The translations under genes and the position numbers were made by a program. Shown one piece after another: positions 38,551 to 53,828 of a DNA stretch of 64,000 bases. Position 1 is the first letter of the stretch; each line of letters opens with the position of its first letter. The notes below the pieces were generated by a model. The model was given only the letters and a program-made list of their open reading frames with translations, did no database searches and was not told where the DNA came from. The stretch is from Callorhinchus milii (taxonomy: Eukaryota), in contig NW_024704742.1 in NCBI RefSeq assembly GCF_018977255.1, positions 95,296,001 to 95,360,000 of the forward strand, written 5' to 3'.

Positions 38551-38789
38551 ACAACAACAACTTACATTTATATAGCACCCTTCACAAAGGATAGTATCAT
38601 GGAGTTCAGCTTACTTAGACCCCTCTTACCTCACACCCATGAATCATGGCTAGGAGACAGCATTTGAGCCAAAACTCATTTAAATAAGAAGTTCAGTTTT
38701 CAAAGAAATGCTGCCCACTTTTATAGCAACAATCTCACTTGCTTACTGAATCCTGTGCAGACTTGCATTTGCTGGGAATACACTCTGCC

Positions 38790-39442
38790 TTCCCCTGCCT
38801 CTGCAACACCATCCGGCTTCACCACTGCCTAACACCTCAGGCCACTGAAATCCTCATACACGCATTTTTAACATCCAGGCTTGACTATGCAAACTCCTTG
38901 CTTGTCGGCCTCCCCAACTCCTCCCTCCATAGGCTGCAGATCATCCAGAATTCTACAGCCCGTGGCCTCTCTCGTACCCATCACCCCCATCCTCACCCGA
39001 CTCCACTGGCTTCCCATCACACAGAGGATACAGTTCAAGATCCTGGTCCTCACCTTCAAAGCCCTCCATGGCCTCACTCACCCCTACCTCTGTGACCTCC
39101 TAACCCCCCACCATCCTGCTCGCTCCCTCTGCTCAGTGGGCTCCGCCCTGCTTCATGTTCCCCGCCTCACCCGCCCCACTATTGGTGGGCGAGCCTTCTG
39201 CCACTCTGCCAGCACCCTCTGGAACTTCATCCCACAGTCCTTCTGCCTCACCTCTTCCCTTCCCTCCTTCAAAACCATCTCAAGACCCTCCTCTTCGAAC
39301 GTGCTTTTGATCACCCTCCTTCCCAACTGCCCTCCCCTCCCCGATCCCAACCCTTAGCTCGGATCCAAAACATTGCCTGTCCGGGGCCTTGGGACGTCCT
39401 CCCAACTGAAAGGCGCTATACACATGTAATTTTGTGTTGTTG
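38790..39442 (+). mobile_element. LINE2 3' fragment
   Basis: LIHAFLTSRLDYANSLL..LHWLPITQRIQFKILVLTFKALHG; tail present. Confidence 0.88.
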
Positions 39443-40129
39443 CAAATGGGGGAGAATAACCTCATAGAGAATTGCTCACAAGTATTTTATGAACCTGTTC
39501 CATTTGGGGCTTTATACTCATTCACGTCAATGAAAACTCTTGTGAAAATTGTAAAATCTGTCAGTAAACACAATCCACAGTTGTACACAAATTTGCAGTA
39601 TTCCTTTATGTATTCCTTGTGCTAATTAAGACATTAACTGTACTATTTCACTTCTTTCATTAAGATCAGTGTTAATTAAGACATGGAATGCTGCAATCTT
39701 TGCCCCACTATTCCCACTATTGAAGTCAAAATGGACAATGAAAAAGGTTTAAATTCTTTCAATCGAAAGAATTTAAACCTTTTTCTTATTACCTTGATTT
39801 CAGACTCAGAACTTGCTATTCCTGACAAGATTGCACCATATTGGCCCAAAGTTACACATCATTGATTCCAGTACAGATAAATAATAAAATGATCCTTATA
39901 TTTGATATAGAACCTTGCTGAAAAAGACTGTTTTGTAAAACTGCTGCTACCCTTGAATCATTGACCGGCAACCTTATGGCCAGCCAAGAAATAAATTTTT
40001 CTTTATTGAATTTTTCTTCATTTATGGCAGCAGTGTGGATATCATGGCTTGGTAGCTACTGGAACTTTGGCGTGGACTTGCCTGGACTGGTTGATGGGCC
40101 ACTTCTTCACACAAGAAGTCGATTCCAAT

Positions 40130-40815
40130 CATGTTGTTGAGACATCTCAAAGACTTCACACAATATATTGTAAAGTGTCAAAATTGCTCACAAGTCTTTT
40201 GTGTATTTTGCAGATGAAACTTGGCAGCCAATTGCGCACAGCAGTGTCATAAAAAGGTGTTGTGGAAAGGTGTAAAAATGTTTACTGTGCAGCATCTGAT
40301 TAGATTTAATTACAAGTAATAATAATAATAATCCTTGCATTTGATATAGCGCTTTTCACGTCGGGAGGACGTCCCAAAGCGCTTCACAGAACACACTGTA
40401 AAGTGAATTGACTGTATATTTGTGGGCGGACGCGGCAGCCATTTGCGCACAGCAGTGTCATAAAAAGGTGTTGTGGAAAGGTGTAAAAATGTTTACTGTG
40501 CAGCATCTAATTAGATTTAATTACAAGTAGCTAAGTAAGTAGGTAAGTAGCTCAGTGGTTAGAGCACTCACCTCGAAGTGAGAGATCTAGGTTTCAATTC
40601 CCAGCAGGGCAAAACCTTGGGCAAGTTTCCTTACTCCACACACCTGATAATAATCCCTCAAGAAAAAAAACAATAATTTGATCACTCACTCCAGGACTGT
40701 TTGTGGGACACTACTGTGCGCAATTGGCTGCTGCGTTTTGCCCACAAAATATACAGTCAATTCACTTTACAGTATATTCTGTGAAGCGCTTTGAGACGTG
40801 CAAGGATTTTTATTA
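40130..40815. mobile_element. SINE cluster: old - fragment, young - copy (40319-40458), + copy (about 40548-40815), with a 96-bp duplication
   Basis: Family motifs; 40223-40318 matches 40434-40529 with 2 mismatches. Confidence 0.85.
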
Positions 40816-42749
40816 TCTAATCTCCTGGAGAATTTATGTTTATTTCAAATCTGTGAATGGAGCTTTTTATTTTAAAATACAAAATCAGGTTAGCACTTAA
40901 AACAACAGGCCATATACAGTACTTCTATTGACGTCTAAAATTAATACAACCTGTAACTGGATCCTGATATGCATCTAGCTGCTTGTGTAAGGTTTAGTTC
41001 AATGAACTGTAAGAAAACATCGTGCAGCATCCAACAACTGGGCAACCTAATTGTGACAGAGTTACACATCATTGACTCCAGTAGGTAAATGATAAAATAA
41101 TCCTTGCATTTGATAAAGCGCATTTCTCGCCAGGAGGACATCTCAAAGAGCTTCACAGGATTTAATGTACAGCTCAGTGACTATGTGCTTTGAAGGTGAA
41201 CAAGGCTGAATCAGAAAAACATGAGAAAAAGAGACTGAGCATGTATTAGGGGTTATTCTGCTCCATTCACTAAATGTAATAAATTAATGAGTGTGCGCTG
41301 AGTTATTTCACTTCTTTCATTAAGATCAGTGAACTTGCTGCTATGCTCTTATAAATAACTTTAAGCAAGTTTTAAATTAGGAATAAAATTAAATTAAAAT
41401 TGTGAAATGTCATTACAGTTATTTAAATGAGGATAGCAGCAAATTTGCAAACAGCAATTGAAACACAATGCAATAATAATAATCCTTGAATATTGATATC
41501 GCGCCTTATCACGTCATTGAAACATCACAAAGTGCATCACAGGATGTGACTGTATATTTATAGGTGAACACTGCAACCAATTTGCGCACAACAATATCCC
41601 GAAGTGAATGGCTAATTTTATCTGGTGGATTGTTGGCTAGGACATCGGGAGTAACTCCTACTCATTTTTGAACAAGCTATCGTCTAAGGAAGAAAATCAA
41701 TGTTCTTTTGTACTTCAATAACTGTTTTAAATTCCTGTAATTAGATCCTCTCCAAACTGTCATTTGCCGATTACCAAAGTTGAGTGAACAGTGAGGACAC
41801 ATTAGTGTTCACCTCTCCTCTCATTTGAGTGTTTTTGTCTTTTGCACTTTGTTCATCTGTGTCTACATTTCAATAGTTGGTGTCAATGTTCAGCATAATC
41901 TCACTGGTGTGCCATTACTGCATTATCTCATGATGTGTACACTCTGCAAATGTAAAATAATAATTTTAATCTAAGATTTCAAAACAATAATGGTAATATT
42001 GTTTAAAGTATAGTTTTTCAGATCCAAGATGTTTACTGAATAGGGGTCTAAGATGCGAAGGATTTTATTGATGCAGTCATACATTGCGTTGATGCTCCCA
42101 CATCTTTCACCGCAGAGCAAAAAGATGTCTATGCTTTTTTATTTAGAAATTTCCTCTGGCCAACTGTGAGGCCAGCGGTGGTCCAGAAAGGAGACCAGGG
42201 AATTCTCTGAGGGAAAAGAAACCAGAGGGTTTAACATATCTTGATTGAACAGATCTGGCACAATAAGTCCAAAGGGCTGTACTTGCAGCAACAACAACAA
42301 CAGCTTGCATTTATATAGCACCCCTCATGCAGGGCAGTGCCCCAGAGCACTTTCATTTGAATCAAAAGAGTGATAGGAACAGGTTCAGTAGCTAGTCCCC
42401 TATCGTGGGACCCAGGAAGACCTAAGAGGGAACAATGTACATCAGGGCAAAGATGGTAAAATTTGACCAATTAAATCAATATGATAAATTGCACATCAAA
42501 TGCAAGGAGTATTATTACTAAAAACATCTAATTTGAAAAACATCTTATTTAATTGAAAAGCTTCACTTTTGGGTCTATAGAACCCAATGGAACGAGTTAA
42601 TAGTAATTAACTCTTTGCTCTGGCTGCCTACAACATTTAGACTGTATGTTACGACCTCATGTACATTAAAATAAACATTGCTATTTAACAGTTCTATCTA
42701 ACAAAAGCAGAACAGAGAATCACAGATTTGAGCCCCGACTCTGGTGAGG

Positions 42750-43925
42750 TCACACAAATTTGACAAAGTGCCACATGAAAGACTTGTAAGAAAGATAGAA
42801 GCCCATGGTATAAAAGAAACAGTGGCAGCATGGATCCAGAACTGGCTGGGAGACAGAAAGCAGAGAGTTGTGGTGAACGGCTGCTTTTCTAACTGGAGGG
42901 AAGCGTACAGTGGCATCCCCAGGGATCGATATTAGGACCACTGTTCTTCTTAATATACATAAATGACCTGGACTTGGGTATAGCAAGTACCATTTCCAAG
43001 TTTGAGGACGACACAAAGTTAGGTAGGGTGGTAAACAGTGAGAAGGATAGGAGCCAACTGCAGGAAGACATAGACAGAATGGTAAAATGGGCAAACATAT
43101 GGCAGATGAATTTCAATGTAGAGAAATGCGAGGTAATGCATTTTGGTAGAAAGAGTGAGGGGAGGCAATACAGGCTGGTAATACAATCTTAAGGGAGGTG
43201 AAAGAACACAGAGGCCTGGGGGTGCAGGTAAATGAATCCTTGAAGGTGTCAGGACAGATAGATAAAGCTGTAAAAAGGGCAAATGGGATTCTAGGCTTTA
43301 TAAATAGGAGCATAGAGTACAAGAGTCAGGAGGTTATGATTAACCTATGTAAAACACTGGTTAGGCCTCAGTTAGAATAGTGCGCCCAGTTCTGGGCACC
43401 ACACTATAGGAAGGATGTTAAGGCATCGGAAAGGGTGCAGAGGAGATTTACGAGGATGGTACCAGGAATGAGGGACCTTGATTATGAGGAAAGGCTAGAG
43501 AGGCTGGGATTATTCTCATTGGAGCAGAGAAGGTTACAAGGAGACCTAATAGAGGTCTTCAAAATCATGAGGGGATTTGATAGGTTAGAAAGGGAAAAAC
43601 TGTTTCCACTGGTGGGTGTGTCGGTGACTCGAGGTCACAGATTCAAAATAGTATCTAAAAGAAGCAGAGGGGAGATGAGAAGAATTTTTTTCACGCAGTG
43701 AGTTGTTCGAATCTGGAACGCATTGCCTGAAAGGGTGGTCGAGGCCTATTCGATAACTACTCTTAAAAATGCAATGGACGGGTATTTGAGGAGGACAGGT
43801 TTGCAGGGTTATGGGGAAAGGGCTAGGAATGGGATTGACATTACATTGCTCTTTTCAAAGAGCTGGCACAGACTCGATGGGCCGAATGGCCTCTTTTTGT
43901 GCTATATGATTCTATGATTCTATGA
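42750..43925 (+). mobile_element. CR1 LINE 3' portion (RT domain, disrupted)
   Basis: FDKVPHERL, WIQNWLGDRKQRVVVNG, ISKFEDDTKLG, QRRFTRMVPG; stops and frameshifts; TATGATTCTATGATTCTATG tail. Confidence 0.93.
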
Positions 43926-45129
43926 AATTCACACATAAGAAGGGGTTAGTAGTGACCAGGCAAGTAATATATGAAAAGGGGGAAAGATAAATAGGAAGGG
44001 TTGTTTTCCCATCCCTCTAACCTACCTTACACATCTGCAGGTAATTGTCCAATTGTACAGAATTGAATGATTCAAATTCAGGCAAGTCTTAGCTTTGCAT
44101 GCATTGTGATACACTACGACCATCAGCAATTTCTTTTTTAAAACAATGTGCAGTAACATACCTGCTATCCCACCACAAGTTGCATTTGCACGTGCTTGGC
44201 TGAGCAGAATATATCTGCGTGTTTCACTCAGCTGCAGCTTGACCCAGTTTCCCAGCGAGTATGTGATTCCATGAAAGATATGGTAGTCTCATTATATTGG
44301 ATGGAGTCTTTTACTCCACCCAACCTGAAGGAAGTGGAACCAACTGAAACAGGGGATTTATTCCTTAATTGGTGAAATCTAAAATATTATGTTTTTTTAA
44401 GTATCCTCATGCGTAAAGAGAATACATTAAATTTACATTTTACAAAATAAAAAATTAATGCATTCAGCTCCTTTATTGCTGTATTTATACCAATGGAGAA
44501 ACATGATTGTCTTTGACACAGAAACAGGAACTGCGAAGCAATTAAAGTTGTTTTGTGCTCCAATTCATCTGTCCCTCAGAAGAGTTGAAAGGGATCTTAT
44601 GCAACACAACGGATGAAGTCCTCGAGAGCAGTAGTTTCTACTAAAAAGTAAAATGTTCCAAATGTGATCTTGTGAACACTGTTGTCTAACATTATATCAC
44701 TTGTATTACTAGAAGTTCCAAGACTAAAGCATTTTGCTTGTCCGAAGCTAGTTTCCTCCTCTTCAGTTATAAAAGTTATAAAAGTTATATGTATAAAAGT
44801 TATATATTCTGTTGGTCAGACATTAGTTTCATAACTATGCCTAATTACCTTGTGGCGTTCGACCAAACTTCACAAGATCTCAAGATTGGTTTGGATGAAG
44901 AGACTCATATGAAGTATAAACACTAGATTGACTGAGTGGCCTGTTTCTGCGCTGTCCGTTCTTCAACCCATTTGATCTTATCTTTCCATAATGCCCACCC
45001 TACGACCCTTATATCGTTTTAAAATCTATTTATTTTTAAATGTGTTCAGTGTCCTAGCCTCAACCAAAACTCCTTGCCATTTACTTCCGATTTCCTGTAA
45101 TTTTACCCAAATAGATAAGAAAATATAAA

Positions 45130-45560
45130 TTATCCTAAATTAAATTTAGCACCTTTCACATCTGAAAGACATCTCAATGCCTTTCATGTAACTTTATTTT
45201 CTGTAAAGTTTAATAATGACTGTGTATATTGCAGGTGAACGTGGCAGCCAATTTGCACAATGTCTCACAAACAGCTGTGAAGTAAAGATCAATTTTATTT
45301 GGAAATTGTTGACCAGGACATTGAGAAAAAAACTACCTTCTCTTTTTGAGTTGTGTCATGGGATCTTTAACAGCCACCTGAACGGGTGGTTGGGACCTCA
45401 GTTTAATGCCTCATCTGAAAGACTGTATTTCCAACAATGCAGGACACGCTCATCATTGCATTGGAATGTCAGCCTCGACATACACATGTTCAACGTCCCA
45501 ACATTGGCCTTGAACCGACAGCCTTCTGACTCACAGACAAGAGTATTACCAACAGGCTAG
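45130..45560 (-). mobile_element. Old Deu-domain SINE (SacSINE1-like from memory)
   Basis: GGCAGCCAATTTGCAC core, CATGGGATCTTTAAC..CACCTGA and CCTCAGTTTAATGCCTCATCTGAAAGAC. Confidence 0.7.
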
Positions 45561-46279
45561 AGCAGATTGACACACCCAGCTAAGCCAAACTGACACATCA
45601 AAGACAATTATGAGTTCATATATAATTATTAGATCACGCTCTCCTCCCAGAATCATTTTTGTTTCATTTAAAAGTATATACGAAATATGACAATTACAAA
45701 AATAATATTTTCTAATTTATTTAATTAATATTTCAATTGACAATTAAATATATTTTATCGTTTATAGTATAAGAGTGAAACAGATTTACAAATGTAAAAG
45801 TATGCCTGGATAAAACGTATGCTAACTTCGATTTATCTCTTTTTTATTGTATCTTTGAAGAAAATATATTAAAATGTACTACAACTGGATCATTTGTGAG
45901 GACTCATAATTTGAAATGAACAATAGGACGATTGATATTAAATTGATTTTGTTTTTTTTCTGGTGGATTACAAAATTATTTTATTGTGTATTGCACAAAA
46001 TGTCAAATGCTGTATGTGTTATGCGAGAACTTGGACAATTCGTACTCGCAGACTATCTGTCTCTTTGAGACATCACAACCAAGTTTGTCCTTGTCCTCAC
46101 CATTGTTCCACATATGTGTCCCTCCAGCAGAAGTCACTGGAGAGTGATCAGGAGCCGGACTTCTGTCTCTCTTTGCTCTCACCCAGGGGTGCTGAGGTTC
46201 ATTGTACCATCTCCTGTTACCGTCTCAGATTAGATTCTTTCTAACTCCAGACTTGAACCTGGAAGCACTCTGTTCACAG

Positions 46280-47150
46280 TCATAGGAATATAGAAACTGG
46301 AGTAGGCCATTCAGTCCCTTGAGCCTGTTCCGCCAATAGATCATGGCTGATCTGTACCTCAACCCTAAATACAGTATGCGTCTTGGTTGACTTGGATAAA
46401 CTCCAATTCAGCCTGCGTCTTTTAGGTGATATGTTAAACTGAGGTCCCTTCTCCCAGTTCAGGTGAACATTAACGATCTCAGGGCACTATTCAAAAAGAG
46501 AAGGGAGGTTTCTCCTGCTGGTTTGACTAACAATCCCCCAAATAAAATTAGCCATTGACTTCATGGATCTTTATGGGACATTGCTGTGCACAAATTCGCT
46601 GCTGTCTTCACGTACAAACTACACGGTAAAATTCTGTGAAGCCCTTTGAGATGGGCACCCAAAATGATTGAGCAACTGGACTATGAGGAGTGATTAAGTA
46701 AACTGGGTATGTTCACCCTGGAGAAGAGAAGGTTGAGGGGCGATATGATTACGGTCTTTAAGATTCTGAAGTGACCAGATAATATAAATCATGATAAGCT
46801 GTTTTATCTTGCACTGAACAGTAGAACCAGAGGGCACAGCCTGCGATTGAAGTGGGTGAATTCAGAACAAATCTGGGGAGACACTATTTCAGTGAGAGAG
46901 TAGTAAACTTATGGCTCTCTAGGGAGACAGTGGAAGCAGAAAGCAGTGGAAGTAAACAGGTTCCCTAGGGAGACAATGGAAGCAGAAAGTGTTGTTTGTT
47001 TCAAGAATAAATTAGATAAATTTCTGCAAGAAAATAATATCTCGGGATACAGTATATAGTTTGGGACAAGGCATGTCAAGCGACTACCAGGATGTGGAAG
47101 GCAAACTAGAATGAACTTGGTCTTCTTTCGCCTAGCAAATTCTTATGTTC
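46280..47150. mobile_element. CR1 end (-), old SINE (+, about 46410-46655) and CR1 3' fragment (+, about 46655-47150)
   Basis: CTGGAGAAGAGAAGGTTGAGGGGCGATATGATT (LEKRRLRGDMI); TTCTTATGTTC end. Confidence 0.7.
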
Positions 47151-48109
47151 ATATATCCTCCTGACATGAAAGGTACTATACCAAATCAATTATTAATATT
47201 GTTATTATAACTGCGAGATCAGGAGAACCTATGGATATTATGCATAAATAATCATTTTCCATAACATTTTTGTTCCTATATCAACAATCTGTGGGACAGA
47301 AAATTAGCATTAAATGGTCAGCATTAAACTTGAAGAAATAATGGAATTTTGATTAAGGACGTCCTAAACATTTGTGATATAGTACACAAAGAAGATACAC
47401 AATGTTAGTGTTCATGTTCATCCTCTCGCCCTTCACTAAATGAATAGCTCTTTGAAGTTCATAAACTTGATGTTCAATGAAAAAGGGCTGTCACATTTGC
47501 ATGGTTTGTTAAAGTTCAAAGAAGAAGATTAGAGAACTGACTGTTTGTTCCAATTGGACCATGTTGTTGAAACCACACTTTGAAACTTGTAACTTTTGTA
47601 TTTAGTTTTCTGTTATTTATTCACTCCTGCATATTCCTTGTTGTACAAATATTACCATATATATCAATTAAAATATAATTAGACAGCAATATTGAGATTG
47701 CTGATATTTTAGCCTCCAATACTTGAGGCTGAGAAACACAATTTTGTTTTGTAAATTTTTCAAACAGATCTAGACCTATCAGTTTTACGAATTGTAAAGT
47801 AGCACAAGCCTCAACAGGCTCAAGAGGAACACAACTGTGGGCAGCTGAGATTCAAAAGTATTTTGGAAGTTTGTTGGACTACAGAGGGCATTCAATATAA
47901 AATTGAGACAAGGTGATAAATCTCATAACGAATGAATGATGAAACCAAATGGAATTACTGTACACTGAGATATAGGTCACCTCTCACAGTTTTTTGATGT
48001 ATTCTATGTTTATTATGCAAATAGCAAGGGTTTCATGAAATTTTCTTATTGTAACATTTCACATTGTAGACTGCGATTCCTAAATTAATACAATTAATAA
48101 GTTCAGCAG

Positions 48110-48710
48110 ACTCTGGCCTACTTCATGTCTCTCGCCCGACCCATTCTACCATTGGTGGCTGGGCTTTCAGCCTCTCTGCCCCCACTCTTTGGAACTCCAT
48201 CCCAGAATCCCTTTGCCTTGCTCCCTTCCTTGCCTCCTTCAAGACATCACTCAAGACCTTCCTTTTTGACCGCCCTCCTACCTCTCTGCCCTCCGTCATC
48301 CAAACCCTGCCCCTCCACGCTTGGGTCCTGATCCCTGACTGTTCAGCGCCATGGGACATCCTCCCGACATAGAAGGCGCTTTACAAATGTAATTTTGTTG
48401 TTGTTGTATCTACTTGTTCAGGAGGACACAAAAGATCCCGTGCACTATTGCAAAAGAGAAGGGAATTTCAGTGGTCCTGGTTTTCTGGTCAGTGATCTAC
48501 AGACAAAATAAGTAGCGTCCCGGAGCGCTTGACATTGATGGAGTCTCACACTAAGCCAGGAAGAGAGGGAGCAGGGAGGTGACCGTAAGCACGATCAAAA
48601 AGGGGGACTTTAGGTGGTATTTGAAAGTCGGGAGGGAGGGGGCAAGGTGGAAGGATTGAGGGAGAGAGTTCCAGACCTTCGGGGCGTAGTGGATGAAGGC
48701 ACGACATTGT
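48110..48710. mobile_element. Two LINE2 3' ends (about 48110-48407 +, 48510-48710 -)
   Basis: APTLWNSIP and APKVWNSLP motifs; tails. Confidence 0.75.
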
Positions 48711-49914
48711 TGATGGCTGCTACAAATACACAATTACTGCACTCTACAGTAAAATCCTGTGAAGCGCTTTGAGACATATTGACGATATAAGGTGCTAGAC
48801 CAAATGCAAAAATAATTATTATAAGAACTGCAGAAATCCAATTTCAATGTTAACACTGAATTCCACAATTTGCCAAATTCCCAATGCTCCAGATTCACAT
48901 AAATAGACTACAACTAGACCTTGGCTAAATTCCCCCTTTTCATCCTCACAGCCAACATGTTTGAATATTGCACTGCAGAAAGTTTCCTATTTTCCTATTC
49001 GCACTTGAGATTTTAAGTCATTAGAAAGATGGGAGTGTCGGCACTCAGCAATCCGGGTTGTGTTGAGTCATTCTGTTTGTCAGCTGCTGCAACCATCTTC
49101 TTTGGTAGGTTTGCAAAACGATAAACCATTGTTTAGTCAGCAATTTGCTCTAAGGTCTGATTTGCGGTTTGAATGCCTTCTCTTTGCTGGAACATCTGGA
49201 CAGTGAGATTAAAGGAACCGAGTTGGTTTTCAGGGCTCTGATTACTTACATTTTGATTACTTTTTGGCTGGTGGTCCTGTTTAGGGCTATTTATGCAAAG
49301 CTGCATGTGCAGCATCAGTATATCCCCCAAAACAGAATTACAAGGAGAGTTAGAATGGGTTGAGAGATTTACTCCATGGGGCCTTACATTTGGCATTTAG
49401 GAAAGTAAACCATGTTCTTTGCTATATGCTCTCGATAGCCTAGTTTTCTCTTTTTTAATGTTTACCCATAAAACGTGAAGTGAAATATATCAACATTTCT
49501 CTCAATATCCTTCATAGCCCAGTTACACAATAGCCATTGGCTTAATAGAGTGAAGCAGGCGGCCAGCAAGCTCCTATATTACTGGCTCTGAGTTGTCCTC
49601 ACCCTGGGTTGAGTGTATGCAAAGTTGAGCCTGGCATATGCATACCAAACAAAATATCCAACATCTGAATGATGGTTCACTTCTTAACGTTAGGGAAGAG
49701 CTGACAGGGCTTTTGTGTTTTACCAATTACACATTTTACTCTTGGCCCAACAAACTTCCTGAGAACTTTGCAAATTTAAAAATTTGGTGAAAAGTTTCCT
49801 TCAACGATGGAGCACGAGGCCCCAGCACTGCACTGGCGTGTCAGCTGAGGCTATGGCTGAGATTCAGCAGCAGGAGTGCAACCGACTGAGCCAGGCTGAT
49901 AAAGTACTGCATGA

Positions 49915-50400
49915 TAACAATAATAATAATAATAATCACTTGCATTTGATATTATGGCTTATTACTTAGTTGAAACATCTCAAAGCGCTTCACAGAATAT
50001 ATTGTAAAATGGATTGACTGTATATTTTGTGGGCGACATGCGGCAGCCAGTTGCGCACAGCAGTGTCCCACAAACAGTCGTGGATTGAGGGACCAAATTT
50101 TTTTTTGAGGAATTATTACTCCCGGAAAGCAATCTGCCAATTGACTAACAACCGGGTTCCTACTTACTGCGCTTTCAGCCACTACTCCCCAAAACTCTGG
50201 AATACTCTCCCTCCGCCACTATTATGCGCTCTGAGACGCTACCGTGGGTGGAGGGCGCTATATAAGTGCAAGTTGTTGTTGTTGTTGTACTGCTAGATAA
50301 ACCGAGACATGTGGAGTAAGGAAACTTGCCTGAGGTTTTGCCCCGCCTGCCCGGGAATCGAACCCAGGTCCTCTCTCTTGTGAGGCGAGCGCGCAAACCA
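49915..50400 (-). mobile_element. SINE carrying an antisense LINE2 insert (50171-50287)
   Basis: TACTGC duplicated at 50165-50170 and 50288-50293. Confidence 0.85.
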
Positions 50401-50428
50401 TAATTATAATTATCAGTGTATATCCATA

Positions 50429-52873
<2,445 letters not shown>

Positions 52874-52974
52874 ACTGTCAGCTCCACGTTGCTCTCGGAT
52901 GTGAGTGACAAGTGGGTGAGGAGTTGGGCTATTGGCTCAGCGGGAGTCTGAGTGTGTGGGGACCAGAGCAGCGC

Positions 52975-53746
52975 GTGAGTGGGGGCAGTGGGTGTGAGTG
53001 GGGGCAGTGGGGGCAGTGGGTGTGAGTGGGGGCAGTGGGTGTGAGTGGGGGCAGTGGGTGTGAGTGGGGGCAGTGGGGCAGTGGGTGTGAGTGGGGGCAG
53101 TGGGTGTGAGTGGGGGCAGTGGGTGTGAGTGGGGCAGTGGGTGTGAGTGGGGGCAGTGGGTGTGAGTGGGGGCAGTGGGTGTGAGTGGGGGCAGTGGGGG
53201 CAGTGGGGCAGTGGGGGCAGTGGGTGTGAGTGGGGGCAGTGGGTGTGAGTGGGGGCAGTGGGGCAGTGGGGCAGTGGGTGTGAGTGGGGGCAGTGGGTGT
53301 GAGTGGGGGCAGTGGGGCAGTGGGTGTGAGTGGGGGCAGTGGGTGTGAGTGGGGGCAGTGGGTGTGAGTGGGGCAGTGGGTGTGAGTGGGGCAGTGGGTG
53401 TGAGTGGGGGCAGTGGGTGTGAGTGGGGGCAGTGGGGGCAGTGGGGGCAGTGGGGGCAGTGGGTGTGAGTGGGGGCAGTGGGGCAGTGGGGCAGTGGGTG
53501 TGAGTGGGGGCAGTGGGTGTGAGTGGGGGCAGTGGGGCAGTGGGGCAGTGGGTGTGAGTGGGGGCAGTGGGTGTGAGTGGGGGCAGTGGGGCAGTGGGTG
53601 TGAGTGGGGGCAGTGGGTGTGAGTGGGGGCAGTGGGTGTGAGTGGGGGCAGTGGGTATGAGTGGGGGCAGTGGGGGCAGTGGGTGTGAGTGGGGGCAGTG
53701 GGGGCAGTGGGGCAGTGGGGGCAGTGGGGCAGTGGGTGGGTGTGAG
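52975..53746. repeat. G-rich minisatellite of GTGGGGGCA and GTGGGTGTGA units
   Basis: Directly visible; dense G3-G5 tracts. Confidence 0.96.
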
Positions 53747-53828
53747 CACAGTGTGCACACTGCCCGGCAGCCACACAGCCACAGCCACAGCCCTCGTCCG
53801 CCTGACCTGCAAAATAATATTAAACAGC

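Noticed and set aside
42750..43925. Reverse-transcriptase ORFs as a functional gene or novel RT system
   Set aside because: 5'-truncated CR1 with stops and frameshifts; the LINE2 ORFs in the window are also truncated copies
44765..44805. Small tandem duplications (also near 13075, 26965, 28517, 46920 and 58590)
   Set aside because: Ordinary slippage products
49030..49110. AP-1/Maf-like motifs and a GTAGGT donor-like site as an enhancer or alternative FRMD3 exon
   Set aside because: Short motifs expected by chance; no supporting evidence in the sequence
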